Below are positions 62,068-64,000 of a stretch of 64,000 nucleotides of DNA, one piece after another. Made by a program: the position numbers and the translations under genes. Numbering within the stretch: position 1 is the first letter of the stretch; each line of letters opens with the position of its first letter. The notes under the pieces are model-generated. The model saw only the letters and a program-made list of their open reading frames with translations, searched no databases and was not told the origin of the DNA. The DNA comes from Balanoglossus misakiensis (Eukaryota; Animalia; Hemichordata). The DNA lies in the NCBI GenBank assembly GCA_040954595.2, contig CM082596.2:4209025-4273024 (forward strand). The letters run 5' to 3'.

Positions 62068-64000
62068 GTCGAAAAATTGAGGTTTGTGGACGATTTTCAT
62101 GAGCTATAACCCATGGTTTTTATCAAAAAATCACCAAAATTTTGAAAATTCGCGAAGTCGAAAAATTGAGGTTTCTGGACGATTTTCATGGGCTATAACC
62201 CATGGTTTTTATCAAAAAATGACCAAATTTTGAAAATTCGCGAAGTCGAAAAATTGAGGTTTCTGGACGATTTTCATGAGCTATAACCCATGGTTTTTAT
62301 CCAAAAACCACCAAATTTTGAAAATTCGCGAAGTCGAAAAATTGAGGTTTCTGGACGATTTTCATGAGCTATAACCCATGATTTTTATCCAAAAACCACC
62401 AAATTTTGAAAATTCGCGAAGTCGAAAAATTGAGGTTTCTGGACGATTTTCATGAGCTATAACCCATGATTTTTATCAAAAAATCACCAAATTTTGAAAA
62501 TTTGCGAAGTCGAAAAATTGAGGTTTCTGGACGATTTTCATGAGCTATAACCCATGGTTTTTATCCAAAAACCACCAAATTTTGAAAATTCGCGAAGTCG
62601 AAAAATTGAGGTTTCTGGACGATTTTCATGAGCTATAACCCATGGTTTTTATCCAAAAACCACCAAATTTTGAAAATTCGCGAAGTCGAAAAATTGAGGT
62701 TTCTGGACGATTTTCATGAGCTATAACCCATGGTTTTTATCCAAAAACCACCAAATTTTGAAAATTCGCGAAGTCGAAAAATTGAGGTTTCTGGACGATT
62801 TTCATGAGCTATAACCCATGGTTTTTATCCAAAAACCACCAAATTTTGAAAATTCGCGAAGTCGAAAAATTGAGGTTTCTGGACGATTTTCATGAGCTAT
62901 AACCCATGGTTTTTATCCAAAAACCACCAAATTTTGAAAATTCGCGAAGTCGAAAAATTGAGGTTTCTGGACGATTTTCATGAGCTATAACCCATGGTTT
63001 TTATCCAAAAACCACCAAATTTTGAAAATTCGCGAAGTCGAAAAATTGAGGTTTCTGGACGATTTTCATGAGCTATAACCCATGGTTTTTATCCAAAAAC
63101 CACCAAATTTTGAAAATTCGCGAAGTCGAAAAATTGAGGTTTCTGGACGATTTTCATGAGCTATAACCCATGGTTTTTATCCAAAAACCACCAAATTTTG
63201 AAAATTCGCGAAGTCGAAAAGTTGAGGTTTCTGGACGATTTTCATGAGCTAAAACCCATGGTTTTTATCAAAAAACCACCAAATTTTGAAAATTCGCGAA
63301 GTCGAAAAATTGAGGTTTCTGGACGATTTTCATGGGCTATAACCCATGGTTTTTATCAAAAAACCACCAAATTTTGAAAATTCGCGAAGTCGAAAAATTG
63401 AGGTTTCTGGACGATTTTCATGGGCTATAACCCATGGTTTTTATCAAAAAATCACCAAATTTTGAAAATTCGCGAAGTCGAAAAATTGAGGTTTCTGGAC
63501 GATTTTCATGGGCTATAACCCATGGTTTTTATCAAAAAATCACCAAATTTTGAAAATTCGCGAAGTCGAAAAATTGAGGTTTCTGGACGATTTTCACGGG
63601 CTATAACCCATGGTTTTTATCAAAAAATCACCAAATTTTGAAAATTCGCGAAGTCGAAAAATTGAGGTTTCTGGACGATTTTCACGGGCTATAACCCATG
63701 GTTTTTATCAAAAAATCACCAAATTTTGAAAATTCGCGAAGTCGAAAAATTGAGGTATCTGGACGATTTTCATGAGCTATAACCCATGATTTTTATCAAA
63801 AAATCACCAAATTTTAAAAATTCGCGAAGTCGAAAAATTGAGGTTTCTGGACGATTTTCATGGGCTATAACCCATGGTTTTTATCAAAAAATCACCAAAT
63901 GTTGAAAATTCGCGAAGTCGAAAAATTGAGGTTTCTGGACGATTTTCATGAGCTATAACCCATGCTTTTTATCAAAAAATCACCAAATTTTGAAAATTCG
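62068..64000. repeat. Satellite DNA array, 88-bp unit, ~22 copies, running off the window end
   Basis: Consensus GTCGAAAAATTGAGGTTTCTGGACGATTTTCATGAGCTATAACCCATGGTTTTTATCCAAAAACCACCAAATTTTGAAAATTCGCGAA; CGCGAAG recurs at 62591, 62679 and 62767 (period 88). Confidence 0.99.

Noticed and set aside
63156-63377. 73-aa ORF in the track
   Set aside because: Translation artefact of the satellite.
62068-64000. CRISPR-like array
   Set aside because: The units are contiguous near-identical 88-mers with no unique spacers and no cas genes, in a eukaryotic context.

Overview
Eukaryotic (animal) genomic DNA, probably a marine invertebrate; the taxon is inferred from composition and not established. Three things are visible. 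(1) A complete, intron-containing Bax inhibitor-1 gene (TMBIM6) on the + strand: a non-coding exon ending at 40857, then nine coding exons from 41032 to 60852. All junctions are GT-AG and in phase, giving 238 aa. Its second intron is unusually long (17,324 nt; the others are 91-452 nt). (2) An 88-bp satellite array of about 22 copies from 62068 to the window end, preceded by a 22-bp hairpin and a degenerate tRNA-like unit. (3) The first ~41 kb is CpG-rich and has no recognisable conserved protein domain. It does carry a series of minus-strand ATG...GT-donor segments, most simply read as phase 0, often behind a TCAGT initiator. The series continues inside the large BI-1 intron. I read this as an unidentified multi-promoter gene with alternative first exons, transcribed antisense through the BI-1 promoter, with its shared exons left of the window. 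This is inference, and some short candidates are expected by chance. Most ORFs in the supplied track are spurious.
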